A DNA stretch of 39,462 bases from Candidatus Dojkabacteria bacterium (GCA_028704525.1 JAQWFF010000001.1:1-39462), one strand, 5' to 3'; numbered from the stretch's first letter, positions 26,513 through 33,509 are shown. Notes: a model not told the origin generated them from the letters alone. Program-made: numbers and translations.

Positions 26513-26819
26513 TCTGTTTAATCTTCCTGAGAAGTAAGGTTACATTCCTTGCCTTATTTGATTTAAGGACTTCACTCTTAGCCCATTTAACATCATCATA
26601 TGTAATCTTTACAGGAGTTCTCATTCTTCTAGCAACATCTACAAGTCCTACTTCTATCTCTTCATCATCATAAAGTACCAATACATTCTTTAACTCTGCT
26701 CTTGGCTCTGGAAATACTCCAATCCTTGTATAATAACCAATAGCCTTCCTATCAAAATTCTTCAATCCTAATATGTTAGCCATTTCAATTACTTCTCTTT
26801 GTGTCCATTCTTTTCTCAT
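26499..26819 (-). CDS. Putative HTH DNA-binding protein (MerR/excisionase-like N-terminus)
   Basis: WTQREVIEMANILGLKNFDRKAIGYYTRIGVFPEP resembles MerR/Xis-type helix-turn-helix starts. The call rests on weak motif-level evidence. Confidence 0.35.
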   Translation of the reverse strand: MRKEWTQREVIEMANILGLKNFDRKAIGYYTRIGVFPEPRAELKNVLVLYDDEEIEVGLVDVARRMRTPVKITYDDVKWAKSEVLKSNKARNVTLLLRKIKQNGKS

Positions 26820-27007
26820 TTCTTTTTATCCTTTATTTTAATTAGTTTAGATTTAACATATCTTTTCATATTAGCCTTCTGTCTTTTAAGCTCCTTATAT
26901 ACACTAGGTGGAACTATTCTTAAATCATTCCACTCTTCCCTTGTAAATGGAACTATCTTCCCTTTAATTGGAATTACTAGACCACCCTCATTAAACAGCT
27001 TTTCCAT
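26816..27007 (-). CDS. Hypothetical small basic protein
   Basis: 63-aa ORF with an ATGA stop/start overlap to the next gene. It is the first gene after tRNA-Thr. Confidence 0.35.
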   Translation of the reverse strand: MEKLFNEGGLVIPIKGKIVPFTREEWNDLRIVPPSVYKELKRQKANMKRYVKSKLIKIKDKKK

Positions 27008-27031
27008 ATCTCTATTGTTTTAATTTTAATT

Positions 27032-27104
27032 AGCTCCAGCTAAGACTTGAACTTAGAACCTACTGTTTACAAAACAGTTGCTCTACCAGTTGAGCTACAG
27101 GAGC
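27032..27104 (-). tRNA. tRNA-Thr (anticodon UGU)
   Basis: Manual cloverleaf: GCTCCTG-TA-GCTC-AACTGGTA-GAGC-A-ACTGT-TTTGTAA-ACAGT-AGGTT-CTAAG-TTCAAGT-CTTAG-CTGGAGC-T. It has a canonical D arm, a TTCAAGT T loop, U33 and A37, and one U-U mismatch in the acceptor stem. No CCA is encoded. Confidence 0.85.
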
Positions 27105-27293
27105 ATCCTTATCCTTTCCCCCAGATAAATACTTGCAATGTACAAAAAACTCAGCAAATCAAATTGCATATCTTTTCCCTTTAAAGAGCAAACAAGTATC
27201 CATCTTGTGGATGTCCAGAGGAAGGGATAAGGATTCAAGCTTTGTGCTTCAGGAACTGCCCCATCCTGCCAACAGCCCACTTGAGTTCTAATT
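27105..27293 (-). ncRNA. Structured spacer or leader RNA abutting the 5' end of tRNA-Thr
   Basis: There is no credible ORF here (track ORF 27095..27280 overlaps the tRNA). A long-range helix pairs GAATCCTTATCCCTTCC (~27234-27218) with GGGGGAAAGGATAAGGAT (27122-27105), which includes a 10-bp perfect core ATCCTTATCC/GGATAAGGAT. Internal hairpins are ATCCA-CAAGA-TGGAT and TGCAAT...ATTGCA. Confidence 0.4.
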
Positions 27294-27453
27294 CTTAGGG
27301 GTAGGGATTTGCACCCTACAACATCCAGTGGCCTACTTTGCTACAATGCGAATCACGCAACACATTTCGGCCGAGCGGACAGGCTGCTCTGATTAGGAGA
27401 ATCACTTTGCCCCTGTGACATAAACCTGCGTCTACCTATTCCACCACCCTAAG
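27294..27453 (-). ncRNA. tRNA-like RNA of ~160 nt: class-II (Leu-like) acceptor and D arm plus T arm, separated by a ~95-nt GC/CpG-rich insertion
   Basis: The 5' CTTAGGG (27453-27447) pairs with the 3' CCCTAAG (27300-27294). TG-GTG-GAATAGGTAGA-CGC closely mirrors the bacterial tRNA-Leu D arm. A GTAGGG-TGCAAAT-CCCTAC hairpin lies directly 5' of the 3' acceptor strand. I could not fold a canonical anticodon arm by hand. Confidence 0.5.
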
Positions 27454-27463
27454 TTTTAAAGAG

Positions 27464-27763
27464 CTACTCTCCTAATTTTAATTCATCCCAAAACACATTC
27501 TTAACTTCTATCTTCAAGGCTGGAAAATAGACATCTGTAACTTCTTCCCCACTAGGAAGAACAAAACTGCCTGTAGAATATCCAATTTTATCTTTCTTAC
27601 TTAACTCATTCCAACCATTCTTATATAAAAGGCTTTCCCAAACAGTACCTTTTCCACTCAAAACTTCTGTTCTTGGTAACATTGGTACAGTACTCATTTC
27701 TTTTCCGTCTATTATTTGAATATCTTTCCTCATTACTTCACCTCCATTTGAGCATAAGCCCAT
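27464..27763 (-). CDS. Hypothetical protein
   Basis: 99-aa ORF. The likely true start is the ATG at 27733 (MRKDIQ...), which forms a TAATG overlap with the stop of the upstream gene. Confidence 0.35.
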   Translation of the reverse strand: MGLCSNGGEVMRKDIQIIDGKEMSTVPMLPRTEVLSGKGTVWESLLYKNGWNELSKKDKIGYSTGSFVLPSGEEVTDVYFPALKIEVKNVFWDELKLGE

Positions 27764-28422
27764 CTATAATTCTTTAACCAATTTGTAGTATCATGTCCTA
27801 CATATTTTCTACTCTTAGCACTATCAGTACCTATTCCAATATAGCTCTTCTGTACTCCAGTACAAATCTCTCTTGCCATTGTTTCCATATCAGGGTCATA
27901 ACTTCTGTTACCACCTTTAAACCATCCATAGAAATTTGTTTTTCTACTTGTATTCCTACCCATAGATGTTTCTGCTACTGATATTGCTACTACTGTTCTT
28001 AGAGCTTCATCAGAACAATACTTGTCAAGTAGAGTAAAATACTTATCATCTATCTTTGAACCAGAGTAGCTTTGAGTAAATCTCTTTACTGCTTGAGTAG
28101 AGCTTTCCATAAATACTTCAGCTGGAACAACCTCTACAGTACCATCAGCTTTAGTAGTTACTTTATCTCCATCAACCCACTCTTCCTTATCTTCAATCAC
28201 AATCTCTTGAGCTTGTACTTTCTCAGGAGCTGGATCTACAGATACTTTAACCTCACCCTTTCTACCTACAAATGTTAAGAGCAATAAATAGATGAGCATA
28301 CCCATTGCTACTAGAAAGAAGAATCTTCTAAAAACTACTTCTCCTCTCCTTTGACCATCCAAGAGATTGATACTCTTTAGAAAAGTCTTAAACTTATTAG
28401 ATTTTATATTTAAAATCTTCAT
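27733..28422 (-). CDS. Membrane-anchored putative peptidoglycan hydrolase (glucosaminidase/lysozyme-like)
   Basis: It has an N-terminal TM helix (FFFLVAMGMLIYLLLLTFV). The C-terminal AISVAETSMGRNTSRKTNFYGW resembles the catalytic region of FlgJ/glucosaminidase-type enzymes. This is motif-level evidence only. Confidence 0.35.
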   Translation of the reverse strand: MKILNIKSNKFKTFLKSINLLDGQRRGEVVFRRFFFLVAMGMLIYLLLLTFVGRKGEVKVSVDPAPEKVQAQEIVIEDKEEWVDGDKVTTKADGTVEVVPAEVFMESSTQAVKRFTQSYSGSKIDDKYFTLLDKYCSDEALRTVVAISVAETSMGRNTSRKTNFYGWFKGGNRSYDPDMETMAREICTGVQKSYIGIGTDSAKSRKYVGHDTTNWLKNYRWAYAQMEVK

Positions 28423-28455
28423 ATCTTACATTCCTATTAAGTTAGATATGAGTAC

Positions 28456-28492
28456 ATCTTACACCTTACTCCACCCATTGTCAATATATATT
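28456..28492 (-). promoter_or_regulatory. Sigma70-type promoter (AT-rich UP-like tract, TTGACA, 17-nt spacer, TAAGAT)
   Basis: The minus strand reads AATATATATTGACA-ATGGGTGGAGTAAGGTG-TAAGAT, with the -35 at 28484-28479 and the -10 at 28461-28456. It lies ~35 nt upstream of the ATG at 28422. The 22-bp core is repeated exactly at 31471-31492. Confidence 0.5.
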
Positions 28493-28494
28493 CA

Positions 28495-28836
28495 TTAAAA
28501 TAATGTGTTTTGTACTACAGGCTTCCATTCAAAATAACAAAGAGTGTACTTGCCTTCCCTTCCCCACTTATCTTCAAATTCTGCAAAAGCTAAAGGTATC
28601 TCATATGCATCCAATATCATATAGGGAGCAAGTACAGCACTTTTCTTTTTACTTTTAGGAGCATACTTATCAGGCTTCTGAAAAATACAAACATCTTTCT
28701 GCTCCTTCTTAGCTTCCTCAATTTTCTTTTTAGCAATAGCTACCATCTTCTTACCAGAGAATCCACTTCCAAGCTTATATCCATCAAAGGGAATTGTTTT
28801 AAATATTACATATGCACCTGTACCCATCTTATTCAT
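28495..28836 (-). CDS. Hypothetical protein
   Basis: 113-aa ORF that overlaps the upstream gene by 8 nt. Confidence 0.3.
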   Translation of the reverse strand: MNKMGTGAYVIFKTIPFDGYKLGSGFSGKKMVAIAKKKIEEAKKEQKDVCIFQKPDKYAPKSKKKSAVLAPYMILDAYEIPLAFAEFEDKWGREGKYTLCYFEWKPVVQNTLF

Positions 28837-29323
28837 CTTTATTAGAATTTAAGTCAAGGTAATCAGTAATAACATCAATAGCTTCTTGAGAAGAATAGCA
28901 AACCTCCACCCTATACCCAGCTTCTCTCAGCTGTTCAATCCACCAATCCTGTTCATCACTTGTTTTATTCTTACCAGCCTTCATTTCAATCCAAAGTCCA
29001 GCACTTACCTTTCCTATCTCATTAGTATTCTCATCCATATACATCATTGGTACAGGAAGGAATACATCTGGAACACCTTTTTTGACACCTTCATCCTTCA
29101 TTCTCTTTGCAATATTCCACCTACCACCACCACCACCATAAGATGCACCATTAGGAATTGCCATTAGAAGTTTTAATGAAGGAATCTTATTACTGTTTAA
29201 CTCAGCCCAGTAGAATAGAGCAACTTGTTCATCATGCTCAGGAGTAGCTTTCTTCTTACCACTCTTACCTTGTAAAGCCTTATACTCATCTATTGTCATT
29301 GTTTCCATCAAAGTAATCCTCAT
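28829..29323 (-). CDS. VRR-NUC / PD-(D/E)xK nuclease
   Basis: EHDEQVALFYW...GVPDVFLPV...GLWIEMKAGKNKTSDEQDWWIEQLREAGY matches the VRR-NUC pattern (G-x-P-D ... E-x-K ... Q..W). The start is ambiguous, with in-frame ATGs at 29323, 29308 and 29299. Confidence 0.6.
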   Translation of the reverse strand: MRITLMETMTIDEYKALQGKSGKKKATPEHDEQVALFYWAELNSNKIPSLKLLMAIPNGASYGGGGGRWNIAKRMKDEGVKKGVPDVFLPVPMMYMDENTNEIGKVSAGLWIEMKAGKNKTSDEQDWWIEQLREAGYRVEVCYSSQEAIDVITDYLDLNSNKDE

Positions 29324-29600
29324 AAAATTTATTTATTCTATTCCAGAATCTCTCGTTTCTTTCATCTATCTCAGGTCTATATCTTAGTAATTCCCAATCC
29401 ATAATAGCTTCATCCCTTAAATATCTCTTATCCTTTTCTTTGTACCATACTTGAATATATCTCTTAGGAACTTTAATGAATCCCTCAAAGAATACAATCT
29501 CATGATCTCCTTCTGAAAAAACAAACTTACCATCCTCATCTGCTACAAAATCTCTGAGCAGTAGAGTTCTTTTAAACTTTTCTGATTTTGTATCCATCAT
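29286..29600 (-). CDS. Hypothetical protein
   Basis: 104-aa ORF in the tightly overlapping early gene string. Confidence 0.3.
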   Translation of the reverse strand: MMDTKSEKFKRTLLLRDFVADEDGKFVFSEGDHEIVFFEGFIKVPKRYIQVWYKEKDKRYLRDEAIMDWELLRYRPEIDERNERFWNRINKFYEDYFDGNNDNR

Positions 29601-29754
29601 GTGTATCTATTTCATAAGTTATCTTATTTTGCTTGTGCTTACTTTCTGCAACACTCTTCCATGTTTCCAACAGAATGTTTAATGCACCCATCAACCAATC
29701 CTGTTGAAATTCACTACCCCAATTTACCTCTATGTTAATTGTTATCTTTTTCAT
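29572..29754 (-). CDS. Hypothetical small protein
   Basis: 60-aa ORF that overlaps both neighbours. Confidence 0.3.
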   Translation of the reverse strand: MKKITINIEVNWGSEFQQDWLMGALNILLETWKSVAESKHKQNKITYEIDTHDGYKIRKV

Positions 29755-30133
29755 TTTTTACCTCCTCTATAGCTTGTCTGACAATTTGCATAATATAATT
29801 AACTACTACATTCTCATCATGATAATACCCCTCAATTCCATCATACAATTTTGCCAATTTCCTTAACCTCCTACCAATTCTCCACTCCAAACTATCTACA
29901 CTTACACCTCTGGGAGTTCTGTTGTTTCTCTTCAACCTCTCATAATTATCTTCCACTTGCTCTACAATACTTGGTACAGACTCTACCCAAAAGGTATTAA
30001 CCTCAGCTCCACATCTAGGACACTCTGTAACATCACCCCATGTAATATAACCACCTGTCTGTTGCCTTCCTAAACCACAATGCTCACAAATAGCAACCTT
30101 AGTCTTTTCCATCAATATATCCCCCTTGCTCAA
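29735..30133 (-). CDS. Zinc-ribbon protein
   Basis: CEHCG...(17 aa)...CPRCG four-Cys motif near the N-terminus. Confidence 0.4.
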   Translation of the reverse strand: MSKGDILMEKTKVAICEHCGLGRQQTGGYITWGDVTECPRCGAEVNTFWVESVPSIVEQVEDNYERLKRNNRTPRGVSVDSLEWRIGRRLRKLAKLYDGIEGYYHDENVVVNYIMQIVRQAIEEVKNEKDNN

Positions 30134-30251
30134 TTAAAGTATCAATCTCTGCATTAAGCTTCTGATTCTCAATATAGAGAACTACCCCAGCAACCACCAG
30201 AAGGGCAGTTGCTAGGATTAAAAACCAAGTTTTAAATGTAGTTCTTCTCAT
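30099..30251 (-). CDS. 50-aa single-pass membrane micro-protein (MRRTTFKTWFLILATALLVVAGVVLYIENQKL...)
   Basis: Translated manually because it is below the track cutoff. It fills the gap between 30133 and 30256 and overlaps the next gene by 35 nt. Confidence 0.35.
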   Translation of the reverse strand: MRRTTFKTWFLILATALLVVAGVVLYIENQKLNAEIDTLIEQGGYIDGKD

Positions 30252-30255
30252 CTGA

Positions 30256-30699
30256 TTAAGCCTTTATTTTACCTTTCTCATCACATACAACACCATTCTT
30301 CCTATACCCAGCATCCCTCATTTCACACTCATCATCATCATACTCAGTTACAATCTCATCATAATCAGGCTTACAATGTTTACAGTAAGGAATCTTCTCT
30401 GAACCTCTAGCAACATACTGTACTTTCTCATCAGCTATTAAACATCCACAATCACTACACTCTGTATAATCTTCCTCTATCTTATCTTCAATATAATTAC
30501 TTAGTAATTCTGCAAACATCTTTCTGTTCTCATCCAACTCCACATCTACAAAGAAGGGAGCAAAACTAAAGAAGCCCATATCATCTATAGGGGAAGTTCT
30601 TGTCCTTCCAACCTCTTCCTTTAATCTCTGAACAAGACTTTTATTTTCTTTTCTCTTAAACATTTTTGTATATAATAAAATATAAAATAAATCACACAC
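30256..30699 (-). CDS. Cys-rich (zinc-binding) acidic protein
   Basis: CSDCGC...CKHCK motifs. The likely true start is the ATG at 30663 (MFKRKENK), because the first 12 track codons are hydrophobic junk that abuts the upstream stop. Confidence 0.35.
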   Translation of the reverse strand: MCDLFYILLYTKMFKRKENKSLVQRLKEEVGRTRTSPIDDMGFFSFAPFFVDVELDENRKMFAELLSNYIEDKIEEDYTECSDCGCLIADEKVQYVARGSEKIPYCKHCKPDYDEIVTEYDDDECEMRDAGYRKNGVVCDEKGKIKA

Positions 30700-31338
30700 T
30701 TAGAAAGGTAAATCCTCTTCCCCTATCTCTTCATCAGGCTCTAATGTTTTAATATTCTTTTTAATATCTTTAACATCATGCTCATCAATATCCATACCTT
30801 CAAAAGGATCTGATGTATCAACTGGAGTAAGTAAAGAACTTAAATCTATTTCACTAGATTCTGAAGCATCCTTTATCTCTGGAGCAAGAGCTGTAGGTGG
30901 AGATGGCATTACAAAATATTTTGTATCAATTCCACTTCCTTCTCTTTTAATGTTAATGTCATACTTCCTTAAATCTCCCCACTTAGCATCATTTACAAAC
31001 TCATACAATGACCTGAGAATAGATGCTTGTGTTATTTCCAATATCTTAATACTCTCATCCTTGTAATCCCATATCTTCATTGCCCAGAACTCCTTTGTCT
31101 GAAATTCTAATACTTCTTTAGGAAGCTTTTGTGTATATTCAATCCTGTAAGGCTTATCACCTTTCTCTCCTTTACCCTTCTCTCTTACAACTCCATCTGG
31201 ACTTACCCAGTAAAGCTTTCCTATAAGAGGTTTAGATAATATCCTAATGTTATTTGCACCTTCACCCAATTTCATAAAATCACTTGATGTTGCTGGAGTA
31301 TATCCCTTTGGTAAAAATCCATCTTCTTTATTTGACAT
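30700..31338 (-). CDS. Putative single-stranded DNA-binding protein
   Basis: 212 aa with a long acidic C-terminal tail ending EEDLPF. This recalls the C-terminal tip of bacterial SSB (DDDIPF) and the acidic, Phe-terminated tail of T7 gp2.5-type SSBs. The body is beta-rich. A dedicated promoter lies upstream. Confidence 0.5.
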   Translation of the reverse strand: MSNKEDGFLPKGYTPATSSDFMKLGEGANNIRILSKPLIGKLYWVSPDGVVREKGKGEKGDKPYRIEYTQKLPKEVLEFQTKEFWAMKIWDYKDESIKILEITQASILRSLYEFVNDAKWGDLRKYDINIKREGSGIDTKYFVMPSPPTALAPEIKDASESSEIDLSSLLTPVDTSDPFEGMDIDEHDVKDIKKNIKTLEPDEEIGEEDLPF

Positions 31339-31455
31339 GTTTATTAAAAAACTAATTTAAAAATTGTAGTGGATTGCACACCTGAAGCAGTAAATATGTA
31401 GTTACAATTTAGATATGGAATAGAAAATCAATCCTATTTCCTACATTCCTAATAT

Positions 31456-31492
31456 AGAATAGTATATACACCACCCATTGTCAATATATATT
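31456..31492 (-). promoter_or_regulatory. Sigma70-type promoter sharing the 22-bp core AATATATATTGACAATGGGTGG
   Basis: TTGACA lies at 31484-31479. With a 17-nt spacer the -10 is TATTCT (31461-31456). An alternative TATATT lies 22 nt downstream of the -35. It is upstream of the SSB-like gene. Confidence 0.45.
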
Positions 31493-31524
31493 ACTATAAG
31501 ACAACTGCCCCTGATTTTATTAAA

Positions 31525-31633
31525 CTATTTATGAATCTTTTTATGACAATCCTTGCAGACAGAAAGTAGATCTGACATCTTTTCTCTGTGAAGATTCTGT
31601 TAGCTTCTTACATGTATTACAATATCTTCTCAT
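31525..31633 (-). pseudogene. Frameshifted remnant of a small 4-Cys (HNH-like / zinc-ribbon) gene
   Basis: Frame A from the ATG at 31633 reads MRRYCNTCKKLTESSQRKD.... Frame B, shifted by one nt, from 31578 reads MSDLLSVCKDCHKKIHK*. Together these give CxxC...CxxCHxxxH, like the ends of the intact HNH gene at 32163..32438, but the central HH/GG core is missing. Confidence 0.35.
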
Positions 31634-31955
31634 CTATACATAGGTATCATATTATCTTCATCCCTGTTGTTGTAATGCCCCCCTTACCCCCCACACCATA
31701 GGGATAAGATTTCTTGCCATGTTTTACCTGTTTTCTCTCAGCATGGCTCAACACACTCTGTTAAACTAATCCATAGGTTATGTGTTTCCCTATTGTACCT
31801 ATTGTGCTATTACATACCTTTAACTCTCATCATCCCTTATTGGCTACCTTTTAGAGCTGTAGCAACCCAATCCCCTGTATTTCTCCATAACTAGGATGGT
31901 CTTTATGTTCTTTTAAGTGGTCAAATACTACCTTGCCACTATTACACCTAGTATT

Positions 31956-32075
31956 TTAAATGCAAAAAGCACCCATTTCTGAGTGCTTTAAGCAATGGAT
32001 TACTTCATTAAAAGTAACAGCAAACCTACTGGCATTTCTCTGTAGATAAGTTGTACCTTTTAATGATTGTTCCAT
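31956..32075 (-). other. Short leaderless transcription unit: a 39-codon ORF (MEQSLKGTTYLQRNASRFAVTFNEVIHCLKHSEMGAFCI) or a small RNA
   Basis: The ATG begins 7 nt after the -10 hexamer of the 32082-32110 promoter. The terminator hairpin (31968-31987) lies inside the 3' end of the ORF. Confidence 0.3.
31961..31988 (-). terminator. Intrinsic terminator candidate
   Basis: AGCACTC-AGAAAT-GGGTGCT forms a 7-bp stem with one G-U pair and is followed by TTTTGCATTT. Confidence 0.45.
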
Positions 32076-32081
32076 ATGTAT

Positions 32082-32110
32082 ATCTAACTAAAATTTCCAA
32101 AGGATGTCAA
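32082..32110 (-). promoter_or_regulatory. Sigma70-type promoter (TTGACA, 17-nt spacer, TTAGAT)
   Basis: The minus strand reads TTGACA-TCCTTTGGAAATTTTAG-TTAGAT. It lies inside the ORF-free region just downstream of the HNH gene. Confidence 0.45.
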
Positions 32111-32162
32111 GAGGGGATATTCATACTTGTAAAAAGATATATATAATACCCCCTCTTTAATC

Positions 32163-32438
32163 CTACCTTCTCCTCCTTTTCTTTTTCTTGTGTACTTTAT
32201 TAGCACTTCTGTACTCTCCAACTGGATTGCCATAATCATCTGATGTTGTTAATCCCCACTTGTTGTGATAATTTCTATGGCAATCCCTACACCAACAAAT
32301 ACAATTTTCTAATGTTCCACCTCCACCTCTTGCTTTAGGTAACTTATGATGAACTGTAAGATGATTACTACTTCCACAAATTTTACACTTACCACAATCT
32401 CTCTCATGCACATAGGACTTCCAGTTACTCTTAGACAC
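32163..32438 (-). CDS. HNH endonuclease
   Basis: CGKCKICGSSNHLTVHHKLPKARGGGGTLENCICWCRDCHRNYH contains the full HNH signature (CxxC, HH, N, CxxCH...H). Confidence 0.8.
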   Translation of the reverse strand: MSKSNWKSYVHERDCGKCKICGSSNHLTVHHKLPKARGGGGTLENCICWCRDCHRNYHNKWGLTTSDDYGNPVGEYRSANKVHKKKKRRRR

Positions 32439-32487
32439 AGCACACCTCTTTTCTAGGATCTAGTAGGACTTGTAAAAGAACACTAAA

Positions 32488-33135
32488 CTATAAGTATCTT
32501 GCAACTTCTTCAAGCATTGTATCTGTATCTGATATTCTTACCATCTTCTTATCATGATTGAGTATTAACCAATACATACCAAGTTCTGCACCAACTTGAG
32601 TTCCAAACCCACTATCTTTAGTATATTCACTCCCCAGCTGATATGTACCACTTACTACTCCATAGGTCATTCTACTGCCCCTAAACTCTCTTACAGGCTG
32701 TTCTATCTTACCTCTCTTATGTGTATGACCACAGAAGGCTATATCCAACCCCTGCACTTCCTTATGACCTCTTACAGGTGGATGCACATTGTTGTAAATA
32801 GAATTTCCCCTTAGCCTATGGCTTCCCATGAGCTTGTAATTAACATCATTAACAAACATATCTATATATGCATTGCCATAAAATACTGGAGCATTGTACT
32901 TCTCAGACAGCCCAGCATATTTACTTGTACCATACTTCCTTTCCCATTTATGGTCATGATTACCCTTCCAGAAAGCAAATATCTTATCTTCTCCAATATA
33001 ATCAAAGATGCTCATCATTGCTCTTCTCTGCTCTTCAAAGTTGAGAATACTCTCATCCTGAGCTGGATTGAAATTTGCACTATCTAATAAATCTCCAAGA
33101 AAAAACACCCCACTTACAAGGGGATGTGTTGCCAT
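32488..33135 (-). CDS. Metallophosphoesterase, C-terminal part (motifs II-V)
   Basis: Carries the calcineurin-like phosphoesterase motifs GDLLD, GNHDH and GHTH. It is in the same frame as 33151..33453 and separated from it by a single TAA. Confidence 0.75.
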   Translation of the reverse strand: MATHPLVSGVFFLGDLLDSANFNPAQDESILNFEEQRRAMMSIFDYIGEDKIFAFWKGNHDHKWERKYGTSKYAGLSEKYNAPVFYGNAYIDMFVNDVNYKLMGSHRLRGNSIYNNVHPPVRGHKEVQGLDIAFCGHTHKRGKIEQPVREFRGSRMTYGVVSGTYQLGSEYTKDSGFGTQVGAELGMYWLILNHDKKMVRISDTDTMLEEVARYL

Positions 33136-33150
33136 TATCTCTACATCTCT

Positions 33151-33453
33151 TTAAAGCATTGGCTTGTCTATCTTTGCTCCAAGATGCCAATCTCCTGAAA
33201 GCCCTATTACTGCTGGTCTATCTGTAGCTATCTCAATCTTCCCATAATCTGCTACATCTTCTATATCATCTCTAAATTGATTCCTTCTTTCTATCTCTTC
33301 AAACCATTCTTCTACAGATTTGTTTCTAGGCTTTGCAAACTCAATATTAACCCTCTGGATTTCTTCTTCCTTACTCTCCCTAATTATCTCTTCTCTACTT
33401 CTATAACTACCATCTGGATAATAAAGTCCATCTTGTTCTATATTCTGGCTCAT
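33151..33453 (-). CDS. Metallophosphoesterase, N-terminal part (motif I, GDWHLG) terminated by an in-frame TAA
   Basis: It ends ...VIGLSGDWHLGAKIDKPML*, which carries the D-x-H motif I. Five in-frame sense codons then lead to the ATG of 32488..33135. Confidence 0.7.
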   Translation of the reverse strand: MSQNIEQDGLYYPDGSYRSREEIIRESKEEEIQRVNIEFAKPRNKSVEEWFEEIERRNQFRDDIEDVADYGKIEIATDRPAVIGLSGDWHLGAKIDKPML

Positions 33454-33509
33454 AGTATAATGTATAGCTCTCTAAAGGAAGTGCATTTCCTTGTGAGGTA
33501 CTAAGTAAC

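Noticed and set aside
27095-27280. Track ORF of 61 aa on the minus strand.
   Set aside because: It overlaps the 5' end of tRNA-Thr and lies in the structured, GC-rich non-coding block. Its sequence is implausible (Trp/Cys/Leu-rich) and it has no translational coupling to its neighbours.
27105-27460. tmRNA, group I intron-containing tRNA-Leu, RNase P RNA or hammerhead ribozyme as the identity of the structured block.
   Set aside because: The acceptor and T arm pair encloses only ~160 nt and is not at the 3' end of the block, which argues against tmRNA. The ~95-nt insertion is far below group I intron size, and I found only weak resemblance to the R/S core elements. GGGGAAAGGAT only superficially resembles the RNase P CR-I GAGGAAAGUCC. 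CUGAAGC does not satisfy the hammerhead CUGANGA core. None of these can be excluded without covariance-model searches.
31676-31696. G-quadruplex from the GGGGGG-TAA-GGGGGG tract (minus strand).
   Set aside because: There are only two long G runs, so an intramolecular four-tract quadruplex is not supported. It is noted only as a compositional oddity inside the ORF-free island.
32163-32438. The HNH gene plus the adjacent non-coding DNA as a self-splicing group I intron interrupting a host gene.
   Set aside because: The flanking genes (the phosphoesterase C-terminal part and the SSB-like gene) have complete, independent starts and stops, and no split exon pair is evident. The in-frame stop in the phosphoesterase lies ~700 bp upstream of the HNH gene and is a single codon, not an insertion.
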